A stretch of 60,972 bases of DNA, counting the filler, from Hausera hauseri (lineage: Eukaryota): assembly GCA_046269625.1 (NCBI GenBank). It is 11 parts of 11 records of this genome, joined end to end, with 100 filler letters (N's around TTAATTAATTAA, not from the genome) between each part and the next. Parts side by side here need not be neighbours in the genome. Positions count along the whole stretch, not along the records: positions 20,538 to 24,615 come from JBJURY010775869.1; positions 24,716 to 32,748 come from JBJURY010806531.1; positions 32,849 to 37,220 come from JBJURY010612111.1; 8 more parts are not named here. The stretch is one strand, 5' to 3'. The notes under the pieces were generated by a model, which was not told the DNA's origin, did not search any database, and worked only from the letters and a program-made list of their open reading frames with translations. The position numbers and the translations under genes were made by a program. Of this stretch, positions 24,193 to 35,597 are shown piece by piece; position 1 is the first letter of the stretch, and the number at the start of each line of letters is the position of its first letter.

Positions 24193-24432
24193 TTATGGTT
24201 GATTCCGGTTTTGAAGCTGATTACTTGATGGTTGAATTGGGTTTAGTATGGAGAATATGACTGGTATGGGCATTTCGGTACATATTTGATCTAGTTTCCG
24301 TATAGTTATTTTGATATTATCCTGGCCCATAGGTTCAACGACTCGACACGGAGAATACAAGCGATACTGCTTGCGATACTTCAGTAGAAGGAAGGGCGCG
24401 CATGAGGCCAACCACCCAGGATCGATGATCAA
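24193..24432 (-). pseudogene. Accessory ORF fragment homologous to the dsRBD-like part of 35907-36428
   Basis: LLLKYRKQYRLYSPCRVVEPMGQDNIKITIR aligns with ILIQKFQKGFSEYPIYRQVEPPGHNRFQVTIH. Confidence 0.5.
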
Positions 24433-24715
24433 TATTCAATAATTAATTTCTTTTAATTTTTGAATTTTTAAATTTTCAAAGTGCACTATTGATTTTAGCA
24501 CTTTGAAAGTGTGCAGCACTATTCGAATTCGGTGAAAATTTGGAAAATTTTCGAAAAAATAAAAAATGTATTTTTAAATTCGAATATCTTTTCACAGAGT
24601 TTTCGAATAATTTTTNNNNNNNNNNNNNNNNNNNNNNNNNNNNNNNNNNNNNNNNNNNNTTAATTAATTAANNNNNNNNNNNNNNNNNNNNNNNNNNNNN
24701 NNNNNNNNNNNNNNN

Positions 24716-25314
24716 TTTGCAACTCAATATTCAATCGACACTTTAAACCATCATCATCGGGTACATGAGACATTTCGCGACCGATAAAATCAAACAACTT
24801 CGTTTTCTGCGCTGGTAAATCGACAGATTCCTGTTGCACGGTCGTTTCGTTTAACCTTATATCCACGTTTAATTGATGTAGAGCATTAGAAAGTTTATCC
24901 AAATTTTTACCCGAAAGCCGTTTTACACGATAGCTGTACTTGGGTGCACATAGGGATACGGGATCATTCAATGAAATGAGTATGGGCGTTTGCAGAAAAT
25001 GCATTTCATACTTGCGAAAAATTCGTTTCGGTAAAAATATCTGTGTTTGGCATGCCGACAGTTTTGATTTTCGTTTATGTATTTCAATCATTGCATTTCT
25101 GTTTTGCTACTGATGATGATTTCTGAGCAAGTTTCTGTTTCATTTCCTGACAATCGATCTGCAGACAGTTGCCCGATTTTTCTAATTGTTTGACATTAGA
25201 AATGTCCTTTTTGTAACCAAACAACCATGACCAATCTAAACTTTCATCATTCTCACAACTACCATTATCATCATCATCATTGAGTAGAATCGTTTTATCG
25301 TCGTCGTCTTCCAT
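24716..25314 (-). CDS. Polinton hypothetical ORF(s) downstream of the TBP-like gene (MEDDDDK.. and MIEIHK..)
   Basis: Two overlapping ORFs, 25314-25084 and 25091-24716, with TATAAATA 32 nt upstream of ATG 25314. No recognisable domain. Confidence 0.4.
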
Positions 25315-25379
25315 GGCAGTAATGTCTGAATGAACATTGTAATGGTATTTATAGTTTGTTGCTGTTGTTGTGCAGAGTA

Positions 25380-25839
25380 CATTATTTTGATTTACTAAAA
25401 CATTTGTGTGGTTTTTAATTTGATTAATAATCGGTTCATAGTCCACTGTCCTAATACCGAGTACAACAATTTTTCCACTACTAAACATATTGACACAAAG
25501 TAGGCAAAACAATGTCAGTCTCAGTGCAGGAAACAGTTCGGATTCATACGTACATTCAGTGGCCATTGATAATTTGTACAGATTAATTGATGGACAGTCT
25601 AACTGAGTTGCTACCGTTTTTGATTGGATTTGGTGAATGACAATTCCGAATGGCAGTAGTTTAGCATCTGTGATTGGTTTGCGACAACCCATAATACGAC
25701 ACTTTCCCGATTGAAATATGATAAATATAAAATCCGGTGGACATTTGAGAAAATACTGCCTCGGCTTCCATTGATTAAAAGGTAGTGTGTTAATGTCACA
25801 CTCGGTAACATATCCGCGATAGTTGATATTAGCTGACAT
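25380..25839 (-). CDS. TATA-binding-protein-like protein, Polinton-encoded; the ORF reads on to 25084
   Basis: Both TBP repeats are present: NINYRG..IIFQSGKCRIMGCR and INLYKLS..TYESELFPALRL..VNMFSSGKIVVLGIR. Confidence 0.8.
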
Positions 25840-25904
25840 TATGGAAACAGTGTTTATACTATAGCTATTTATATATGTGTGTGTAACACGATTATAAACA
25901 AATC

Positions 25905-26563
25905 ATGTGGTGAGGAAAGGATGTATTATTATTATATAAATAAAGCTGCAGAATGATGCCATTTTCCAGATTGTAAGCTCCAGTGGAAGTGGAAAAACAC
26001 ACTTTGTGTGTAAACTATTGCAGAACTACCGTGACATTTTCCATTCACCGCGGTACAATCATATTTACTGGCATTAGGGTGTTGGTGATGATGGTGAGTC
26101 CGGTTTGACACATCGGGAATTTTGTAAATTAAAATCGATAACGGTAATTGATGTGTTTCATGAGAAGTGGTATGAGAGATTATGCAACGGTGACGTTATT
26201 GTCATTGACGATTTATTTCAAGAGGCAACGAAACAAACCGACTTCAACAACCTGTTCACGAAGATTGCGCCGTGGCGTGACGGTTATTTTCGTTACGCAA
26301 AACATGTTCCATCAGGGCGGATAACATCGAACAAGAAATCTGAACGCACACTATTTGATGTTGTTCAAAAATCCCTGTGATCAGACTATCATTGATTTTG
26401 TTGCACGAAAAGCATTTCCTTACAACCGAGCCTACTTGATAGATCTATATCATGGTGCTACGACCAAGCCACACGGATACTTATTCATTAACATTACACA
26501 ACAGTGTCCCGATGACATGCGTGTACGAACAGACATTTTCAATCAGAAAGGTGTGTCTATAAA
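25905..26563 (+). pseudogene. Polinton A32/FtsK-like packaging ATPase
   Basis: Walker A IVSSSGSGKT, Walker B VIVIDDLF, and LFKNPCD and ATTKPHGYLFIN..VRTDIF. Interrupted by stops and frameshifts. Confidence 0.88.
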
Positions 26564-26597
26564 CAAATTCGAAAATCGACGACATGATTGTGATAAA

Positions 26598-26702
26598 ATG
26601 AAGAATTTCCGAAAAACAATTGTTAAATGTAAACCTACTACCAAGCGGGTGTCCGGCGGCAAGAAACGTGAATCAAAACGAACCACCGCTACAGTCAAGT
26701 GA
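26598..26702 (+). CDS. Small basic putative core (pVII-like) protein
   Basis: Rich in K and R, with a VSGG adenain-type cleavage motif, inside the virion gene module. Confidence 0.35.
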   Translation: MKNFRKTIVKCKPTTKRVSGGKKRESKRTTATVK

Positions 26703-26803
26703 TTAACCAATTTTGTGCTTCGAACAAAAACTAGATGCAAATTACCGTCACAGTGGTAACGGTTATAAACAACTACGTCCCATCAGCATCAATACGTCCA
26801 AAA

Positions 26804-27123
26804 ATGCGATTCATACATAGTCATACGTACTTTATTGCTTTGCTCAAGGCACCTACGAGACAAGCGAAACATGTTGCGATCATTCCCAGTTTGTAGTAGC
26901 CGATTTGATGGAAATTTTATACAATATCGTTGTGGGTCACATTGACATTAGAAGTGGAAAGCGGAATTTACTAAGGTATCGAAAACGACTCATTGGCCTT
27001 GCCAATGCTTGTAGTAAACGACTGAAACGAGAGGTCATGTACCAACAAGATGGAGGATTCCTTGGTGCAATTCTACCGATTGTCACGTCATTACTGGGTG
27101 GAATCGTTGGTTCTGCAGCATAG
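26804..27123 (+). pseudogene. Polinton small virion protein with an adenovirus pX-like hydrophobic tail
   Basis: Sequence EILYNIVVGHIDI..KREVMYQQDGGFLGAILPIVTSLLGG. Confidence 0.65.
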
Positions 27124-27234
27124 TATAAACAATGACTATAAGTATATGGTGATACGGCGATATGGGTGCATAATTTTCATATTTCTGTCCTATTTTAATA
27201 AATCTTTCATTTATGTTTTGTTCAAATTGATGTA

Positions 27235-28279
27235 ATTCAAGCAAACCGACACCATTGACGGCAGCGATGGTCAACGTGTGGTTCGATCCGCGTCATCCAG
27301 TCGGGTATACTGGCGTCGATAAGCTGGCAAAGACTGTCAGACTCGGCAACAGACCCAACGTTGGCTCGGGAAACAGTTAGCATACAGGCTAAACAAACCG
27401 ATAAGAAGGCGGTTTCCAACTCGCGCATACCGTGCTACCGGTGTAAATGTATGGCACATGGATCTGATGGAAATGATTTTGTATGCCAGCATCAACGATG
27501 GGTATCGGTACGTGCTGACATGTGTTGATGTGTTTAGTCATTTTGCACGTGCAATTGCTGCCAAATCTAAATTCGGTAGAGATTGCCGACGCTGTTCAGA
27601 CACTGATACAACAACAGCCTTGGCATTTACAAACGGATTTGGGTAAGGAATTCTACAACGCCCACGTTGCAGCGGTCTTGAAACGGTTTGGCGTAAACCA
27701 CTACTCGGTGTTTACCCTATACCAGGCTGCACTTGTTGAACGATTTATTTGAACATTACGCGGTCATTTAAACAAATTCTTTGCGAAGCAAGGCAACGAA
27801 CTCTGGGTAGAGGTACTGCCGGATATTATTTATGTATACAATCATTCGACACACCATGGAATCAACGGAATGCGCCCGGTTGACGTAATCGATGATTTGG
27901 ACATGTGGCTTTATCAAAACCGAACAAAATGATAGGCAATTAAACGCCAAAAATATTAAATCGGTGCTTACGTACGTATTTCGAAAATAAGTACGATGCC
28001 ATTCATTAAGAATTTCAATCAGAATTGGAGCGACGAGATTTTCCGCATTTCGGCAATCAACACAAAACAAACTTCTCTCATGTACATTTTAGAGGATGAA
28101 AAGGGTGAGGAAATACGCTGTAAATTCTACGAACAGGAACTGCAGGTACTACCCGAGAAACCCCATATGATATTTAGGAAATTCTATGTTTACGTGGCAA
28201 AGTTTCGAATAAACAATATCTCGTCAAGTGGCACGGATACAATGCACCGAGCTGGATTTTTGCATCACAGATTCAATGA
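27235..28279 (+). pseudogene. Polinton retroviral-like (RVE) integrase with a C-terminal chromo-like domain
   Basis: Motifs WHMDLMEM..YRYVLTCVDVFS, LQTDLGKEFYN, AALVERF, YNHSTHHGI, NWSDEIFRI, FYEQELQ and YLVKWHGY..SWI. Confidence 0.9.
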
Positions 28280-29276
28280 GCAGAATTTACTTGCTACTTA
28301 ATAGTAACAGATCATTATCACAAAATGATGACAATGACAATACCGTTAAATAGTTTAGCATGCACTTAAACCGACCGGTCAATTTACGCCAGGGAGCCTG
28401 GGAAGTGGCTTTGACGGAATTCACATTTACATTTTTATCAATAACAATACGTCGGAACAGTGGTATTTACTTTATCCGACAAGAAACGAACCTTATTTGA
28501 AGTCGTTTGCGGACAATCCGACACAATAACCGATATATTCTTCGCAATTATTCGCCAGAAAATTTTTCGGTTTATGCTTATTTTTCAAACTACCCTATGA
28601 AACTAATGCATCAAAATCCCATGGAAATGCAGTTTAATTCTATAGCTGATGCTCAGGCATGGGGTTTTCAATCAGTCAATGTACACTCAAAACGTCTACG
28701 GCTAGGTGGACATGTTATAATTGGTGAAAAATTGGACCTTTCATCCGATGCGGAATCTGATATTATAGTAAAGTGGACTAAGTCAGAATCAGTCTTCCGC
28801 TCATGTATTATACCACACGATTTATTAGTGGAACTGGAATTCTGTGAGTACGTCAAGAAAGTGGCTACATTACCTGTAGAGACAATTTTGCCTTTGATGG
28901 ATTATTGGCTCGGAAACTGGGTTTTTCAAAACGCGACTTTTATCAAACCATTGTTGGACAATTTATTGTTGCCAAATACAAACCGCAACTCTATGGAGCA
29001 TTTCATATAATCAACATTTTAATGGACTGAACCGAATCCGTACTCGTTGATGGAGAATGTAAACAACTACTGGCTTCTATCGAACTGGATTCTGACACGT
29101 ACAAAACATCGGATGAAACTGTTCGAGTTAATATGCTCAGACCCATGTACTTATCATTGTCTCACAGTATTGTGCACAGTATTTCCGTGTATATGCTTAA
29201 TGAATTTTGGGAACCCATTAAATTTCTGTTTGGGTCAACGACACATTTGACGCTACATTTTCCACGTCGCCGATAA
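28276..29276 (+). pseudogene. Polinton minor capsid (penton) protein 1
   Basis: N-terminus MSRIYLLLNSN..LRQGAWEVALTEF and C-terminus LVDGECKQLL..PMYLSL..PIKF..TLHFPRRR. Confidence 0.75.
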
Positions 29277-29312
29277 TAAACAAACTACGTCATCATCATC
29301 ATCGTCGAGATC

Positions 29313-30335
29313 ATGAGTATTTACATGGTGTTGCCGAGCAACAGTTGTCCGACGACTCGTCCGGACAATTCCGCTAGTGAATACGTTGTAGATTGGAACA
29401 ATCCTTTGGATTTATCTGGAAAATGGGTGGTTGCAATGACGGAATTTAACTTTCCCTACGCACCGGTGACATTGAAAGGTAGTATGAAAATAACGTATAA
29501 CAAGTTTGTTACTGAAACCAAAACACATTCTTGTCCTCTGACACTTACTGACAATAAATAACAGTTGGAGAATCGGCCATTTGCACGCCCAGTAAAAATT
29601 ACGGTGTATACGGCAAGATCGATGTTTTATTTTGGGGGAATACTTATGTTTTATGGCAAATTTTGAATTTACTGTTACCTTTGAGTCCTCAGAGATGGCG
29701 CAGAAATTTGGATTCAAAAATAGAGAGTACAAAGGTAAACGTATTAAAAGTGAATATGTTGTTGCACCAAGACTAAGTCCAGTATATTACCAGACAAGGG
29801 TGAAATTTACCAATACAACAGAAAGGGTATCAACGTCATACGTATCGATTGGAGACAATGTCTATTGTGAATCTGTAGCACACCTTTGTCAACACTTTTC
29901 TTCAAATCAAGAGTACAAGGCGATATTTAAAGTTTTCGAGTCAGATGCAAATGGGTATATTAAATTTGAACTGGATAAGGATTTTGTCGACATTTCATTG
30001 GATAATGTTTTGGCCATGGTATTGGATTTTGAAAAACAGCGGTTTTAGGCATCGAATACGAAGCCGCGCATGTTGCAACACTTAAATCCAAACTGAAAAC
30101 TGGACGAAGTCAAATGTACATTTACATGAACGTCACCGAACCAATTTTAGTGGGTGGAATACGTGTACCGCTACTCCGTGCAAATTGTCCGGAATGCAGC
30201 AAGTATACTGCTGGCGACAATGTCACTGTCAAGGTCAATAATCCAACGTACCTACCTGTCGCATCTACATCTATAAATAATGTTGAAGTGAATATTCACA
30301 ACCAGTCTAACCCTTCATTTCCGTTGAATCCATGA
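29313..30335 (+). pseudogene. Polinton minor capsid (penton) protein 2
   Basis: MSIYMVLPSNS..DNSASEYVV..LSGKWVVAMTEF, then MYIYMNVTEPILVGGIRVPLLR..NPTYLPV. Confidence 0.8.
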
Positions 30336-30712
30336 TTGTTTTTGAAATTGTTTCCATTTACAGTAAACCTCAGCAGGGCAGTAAACTGCCGTATTTTGTT
30401 GGTAAACAGTATGGCTCTGGATGGTTGCGTACATTGGCATGTTTAGCATTTCCAGTGTTGAAGCGTATTGGAGCCGTGGCAGCAAAATCAGCACAGGATG
30501 TACTATATGAAAACAAATCTATTTTACCATCACTGAAGGAACACGCCTAGTTAGAAATAAAAAGCGCTGCACCCGGATTTGTTGAATCAGTCTAAAAACA
30601 ATTCATTGGCGGTGGCTTGAGAAAACAAAAACGTGGTAGATCAGCTAGCTTTCCAACTATAAACAAACGTCGTCGTCGTACGATGTTCGAAAGATTGATT
30701 GATCGATTGATA
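30332..30712 (+). pseudogene. Polinton QxGxG-type virion protein (amphipathic, pVI/GasderminX-like)
   Basis: QYGSGWLRTLACLAFPVLKRIGAVAAKSAQDVL, with a basic tail FIGGGLRKQKR. Confidence 0.55.
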
Positions 30713-30717
30713 GATAA

Positions 30718-31950
30718 ATGGCATCTGCAAAATCTGAATTGTGTATATTTGACAAAGGCGTGCTATAAATTGTTATTGACAATGCAAAATTTGAAGAAAT
30801 CTACCCCGTTGATTCTGTTTCAACGGATGATAACATTGACATTCAATTTAACATTATGGCGTCGGACAATGAATATCTCGATTTGAACGATTCGCCACTC
30901 TATGTAAAATTCATTGTTAAAAAGGGTGCATCAACGGTTCTCGCTGCAACAGACACTGCCACACTGGCCAATTACCTTTTCCTCACACTGTTCCAGGAGG
31001 CTTCACTGACTCTAAACAGCGTCAAAACTGAAGGCAACACCAGTCTATACAGTATCAAAGCACTCACTGAAACGGCTCTAAATTACAGTACTCTCATGAA
31101 ATCGACTGATTTGACGAAAACCATCGGACATGATGCCACTGCAGCAAACCGTCAGGCATGGGTGGCAGAATCAAAAGCGTTTTACTGAATTAGAAGTGCT
31201 TTACACCGCTGTACTTTTTCGATCAGCCGAAATACATACTGCCCGGTGTTAAAGTCATGATTCGGCTCAAACGCAGCGGCAATGTCTTTTGTTTGAAAAC
31301 TGCAGTTGCAAATCTCAAACCCATACTAAAAATTACCGAGGCACGATTATACGTACGTCGTATAAAGGTAGAACCATCCGTGCTCATGGGACATCGATTG
31401 GGCTCGGAAACACAAAATGCCTGTTACCCATTACAACGCACAGAACTTGTCTTTTACACCATATCCAAAGGTTCAACTACATTTTACAAAGATGCACTGT
31501 TTGTCGACATGCGATTGCCGAAATTTGTGCTCGTTACATTTCAAACAACTGCTCAACAAATGGGCAGTTATACCACCGATTCGGAAACGTTTACCCATAG
31601 AAATGTGAATTACATCAGTTTGCGTAAGAATGCCGATTTCGTTGAGATATACAAGCAGGATTTCGAGACCGGCGATTTCGTTTGCACATATATGCAATCT
31701 ATCCTGCGTAACATGGGTTTGCTGAACAAAAATGTCAACATTGGCATATCGATGGATTTGTACCTATCCGTTCTTCACCTTTGTCCTGGCACCGGATTAT
31801 GACGTTGAACAGACTCAACTACCTCAGCAGGGAAACCTGAGATTGGAGGTTCACTTTGCTAAAGCATTGAAGCAATCTACGGTGATGTACATTTACGGCG
31901 TATTTGATGCCGAGGTTGAAATAGCGAAAAATGGAACCGTCATGGTATAA
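30718..31950 (+). pseudogene. Polinton double-jelly-roll major capsid protein
   Basis: MASAKSELCIFD..EEIYP, EYLDLNDSPLYVKF, QPKYILPGVKVMIRLKRS, KITEARLYVRRIKV and GNLRLEVHFAKAL. Confidence 0.88.
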
Positions 31951-32059
31951 ATAAAACCTTCTTCTTCTTTTTCCTTTTTGTACCATGAAGTAATTTATTA
32001 TCATTATTACTATTATAATTAAATCACGTTTTACGTTTAGCTCAACTGAACTCAGTCAC

Positions 32060-32363
32060 TATGGAAAACTGCTCTTGGGTATGAAATTCCGCAGTGCTTT
32101 TACTGGACCGTGTGCCGCGTGACTTACGACAAAATGGTGGCGGAGGTTTCATTGTCAATACACACAGTTCATCGTTACCAGGCGAACATTTGATTGCGGT
32201 GTACGTACATCCGACCGTCGTCAACTTATTCGATCCGCTCGAATTTTATTACCCGTCATGGTTAGTTTCTCAAATAGAAACACAATCATATCATCGTGTT
32301 GAATATAATCGACTTCATTATCAACATCCACTTACCGTATTGTGTGGACATTACTGCTTTTAG
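32060..32363 (+). pseudogene. Adenain-type cysteine maturation protease
   Basis: FIVNTHSSSLPGEH(L)IAV..FDPL..QHPLTVLCGHYC contains the His, Asp, Gln and Cys catalytic motifs. Confidence 0.85.
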
Positions 32364-32848
32364 TGTAAATCTGTCCATTAGCAGCATTTCCAGAAAATAA
32401 ATCCACGTATTTAAAATAGTTAACGCCGTAAAGTGTATTTCAAAAAAATTATCAATTGCAATCCATACATGTTTTATTATTTATATATCATGATAACGTT
32501 GCTTTCAAGTAAACCTCACACTTCAAGAATTTCAGTACGCAGTTCATTATAGTACTTTGTATTCTTGTTTATAAATAAATCGAGCAAGAACAATGTCAAT
32601 AACTTTAACAATGAAAAACATTATATAAAAAGACACAATATATAGTCACTGTGATCTAATAAATTTCAACATTACTGACGCGCAACCAATTACGCTTATC
32701 CGCTCTGCATTTTCCAAATTGTCTATTCGACATTTTCCTTGAAGGGTANNNNNNNNNNNNNNNNNNNNNNNNNNNNNNNNNNNNNNNNNNNNTTAATTAA
32801 TTAANNNNNNNNNNNNNNNNNNNNNNNNNNNNNNNNNNNNNNNNNNNN

Positions 32849-33042
32849 AATGGTTTCTTTTTACCTATATCTATACGACCTTCAATAATATTTTGCAAAA
32901 CTTCATAGAAATCATGTAATACAAACTTTGGCATGGAATGTAAAAGTTCCCATCTAAATCTGTTTGGTAATTTAACTGTAGCTTGGAAATATGGTAAACT
33001 TCTTCTCAATTTTTTCATTTCGCTACTGCTGAATTTTGTCAT
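32849..33042 (-). pseudogene. Fragment of a pX-like small protein from a second Polinton family
   Basis: Near-identical to the reverse complement of 41854-42030. HSMPKFVLHDFYEVLQNIIEGRIDI resembles the 26804 ORF. Confidence 0.6.
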
Positions 33043-33049
33043 TCTTTGT

Positions 33050-33530
33050 TTATAGTTTAATCCAGCGCTTTGCCATTAACACTACACCACATCCTGCAAT
33101 AGGATTCACTCCGTTTTTCATGATGTACGGCAGAGAAGCCGTACTACCTACAGATTTAGGACTGATTCTATGCACAACAAGAACAGAAAACTTAGAGCAA
33201 AATTTTGTCGAGGTATTACAACTGAGACTATGCAAATGTTGAGAAATAGCCAAGGAATTATCCAGAGAATATCAAAAACAATTTAAGAAGCAGTATGACA
33301 AGAAGGCCAACCACACGACCTAGAACTAGGAAATTGGTTTTATGAACTCTATCCAGTGGCAAAGAAAGGCACATTTCTCAATCTTACCAGAGCAGGCAGA
33401 GGACCTTATGAAGTTACCAGAAATACGCCAACCACAGTCCATATCAATAAAAATGGCAAGGAGGAGGTCATATCAATACAAAGAGTAGTTAAAACGGAAA
33501 TAAGGCCAAGCAAACAATACAATCTACCTT
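33050..33530 (+). pseudogene. Gypsy integrase C-terminus (GPY/F module)
   Basis: FAINTTPHPAIGFTPFFMMYGREAVLPTD, FKKQYDKK and GPYEV. Confidence 0.85.
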
Positions 33531-33594
33531 CGGGCAAAGCAAAATTGGAATATACAAACAAAGAGAAGAAAACATCGTCGATAGTAACTAGACC

Positions 33595-34903
33595 AATATC
33601 GTATGTACAAATAGTCCTCGCCTTATCGTTAATCGCTTCATATATGCCAAAGACAAGATCGATAACCCTAACTGAAAAACTACAATATGAGGCAAGACGA
33701 AGGGATATCCAAAACTTGCAGTCACTTAGAGTATAAGATATGGATTAGAACAAACCATGTGCACGGTTTGATGCAAGTGAACTTATTAAGAGTCATGTAA
33801 AATTTCAAATAATATTTGTAACCAAATCTACGATGAGAACATGTGATGTTCCGTATGGAATTCATCGGAAATGTTGTGATTTTGATTTCGGACGAACCTA
33901 CCGATGCAAATTTCAAATGTTCTATTATAATCTGCCTGGAGCCCAAGCTTATATAATTACTGGGTTCTTAATAAGAATGCCTGAACGAAATAACACGAAT
34001 CAAGCCAAGACGAACGAAAGAGTCCGAAATACTGACCCATTTAAAAGGCTCTTAGATTATAACATTATTGGGATTTCCAAAGATTTAAAGAACTAATGTA
34101 TTCGAAGTGAGACTAAAATAGAATTGCCAGGAGATAGGCAAATTTCTATCCGATTTATACCAATGAATGCCTCGACTCCTACTCCGGAGTATTGTTATAT
34201 TGCACGACGACGGCTCACTGGGTGCTGTAGATTACAGTTAGGACACAACTACCAGTTTCATTTCGATCTATACAACACTTACCCAAAGGAACCAAGTACT
34301 TATTTAAAGGGATATCGCCCAGAAATCGGAATGTGGAAACTTTTGCTTCCAACCACTACGAGAAAACTGTCCACTGCTCCAAGTACAACTCTCACTACCG
34401 CAATTGTCACTTCAGATGAAACGCTCGAGAAAGAATTGGGAAGTATACCTGTCAAGATTTTGGCACAAAGTGATAAAGTTCTATTTTGCGCTGAAGAGAC
34501 GTTAAACTACAAAGTCAAAATTGAATGTCGCACTAATCAAATTATAATTTTAAGAAAGAATAGTGAGGAAACTGAATGCAAGTCATTACGACCGCAGCAT
34601 AACTATATAGTTCGAATCACCGCAAAAGGTAGAAAACCTAAGACTTTTACAGTGCGAACCCTTAATAACAAAATTGAAATAATGCAACATAAAGAACTTA
34701 GTACCCAAAATGCGTTTACCACGAGAAGTTCTATTGAGTCGAACAATTTACCGATAAAAACTATATTTAGTTTGTCAGTTTTCGTTCTTGTCACATTAAC
34801 GGCGATGATTTTTCTAGTTTCCAAAAATTGTAAGAAACGCAGTAAAAATCGAAAGGGAGATAAACGGGTAAAATGTGCTGAGACGGACTTTATAAGAGCA
34901 TAA
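33595..34903 (+). pseudogene. Type-I membrane protein in the env position (signal peptide, ~3 FN3-like domains, Thr-rich stalk, TM, basic tail)
   Basis: Same reading frame as the integrase tail, with three in-frame stops. Signal YVQIVLALSLIAS, FN3 motif SLRPQHNYIVRITA, TM IFSLSVFVLVTLTAMIFLV followed by SKNCKKRSK. Confidence 0.6.
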
Positions 34904-34980
34904 CCTGACAATTACAGATCAGGTTATCCTATCATCAAACAGAGGAAATGTTTTGTTTCAAAACGCTGATCTGTCTTAGG

Positions 34981-35003
34981 ATTGACCTTTATTTTTATTT
35001 TAG
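34981..35003 (+). promoter_or_regulatory. Putative splice acceptor for downstream accessory ORFs
   Basis: ttgac branch point, a T-rich tract and ttag. Conserved in the related element at 56954-56978 (minus strand). ATG follows at 35014. Confidence 0.45.
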
Positions 35004-35597
35004 CAGAATAAGTATGGCCGAAAAGGCAAAAAATTCAGCAACCAGCTCCGGATATGACATTGACGACTTCCTGTAACAACATGTAACAGTACTCAAGGCA
35101 CTATCTAAAAGCTTATATCGCCAAATTGGAGAGAATTTAAAAAACAACATTTATCTAGAAATCGATCAGGAGAGCAAAATACCAAATGGGTTGAAATGGG
35201 GCTTAGAGGACAATCGACTGATCTGACTATTTGCGATTCGAAACCCAAGGGATGCACGAGCATATCTTTTGAGAGATATAATTCCATACGAACCGACACA
35301 TCAGCAATTGTACATACATGTCGCTGATGGGGAAATTCAGTACAGGATCGTAGGGCAATCCTGGAGCACACAAAATGGACAACAGTGAAAATTTAGCACT
35401 TATGAGTTATTTTGTTATAGCCTCATGGACTATGGTTTGGAGTTCAGGATCGCAGAACTTCCAACCAAACTCATGTTCGAAATGATCTGCCGTATAGAAG
35501 TGCGTACAGAAACTCTCAGAAGAGGAGATAAAACAAAATGAGGAGTCTTACAGGCTGGTTCCAGACGGCAGAAACGCGCAAATTCTAACCGTGAACT

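Larger units (their letters stand above)
24716..32400. mobile_element. Decayed Polinton/Maverick (adintovirus-like) element; pPolB and TIRs are not on this contig
   Basis: Packaging ATPase, retroviral-like integrase, two minor capsid genes, major capsid and adenain protease lie in one cluster. Confidence 0.92.

Noticed and set aside
24474-24510. Inverted repeat ttcaaagtgc..gcactttgaa at the contig end
   Set aside because: Short, in AT-rich sequence and truncated by the contig end; probably a MITE fragment with no further support.
25935-25944. TATAAATAAA as another Polinton promoter box
   Set aside because: It lies within the degenerate 5' coding part of the ATPase, where its TAA is an in-frame stop, so it was not counted.
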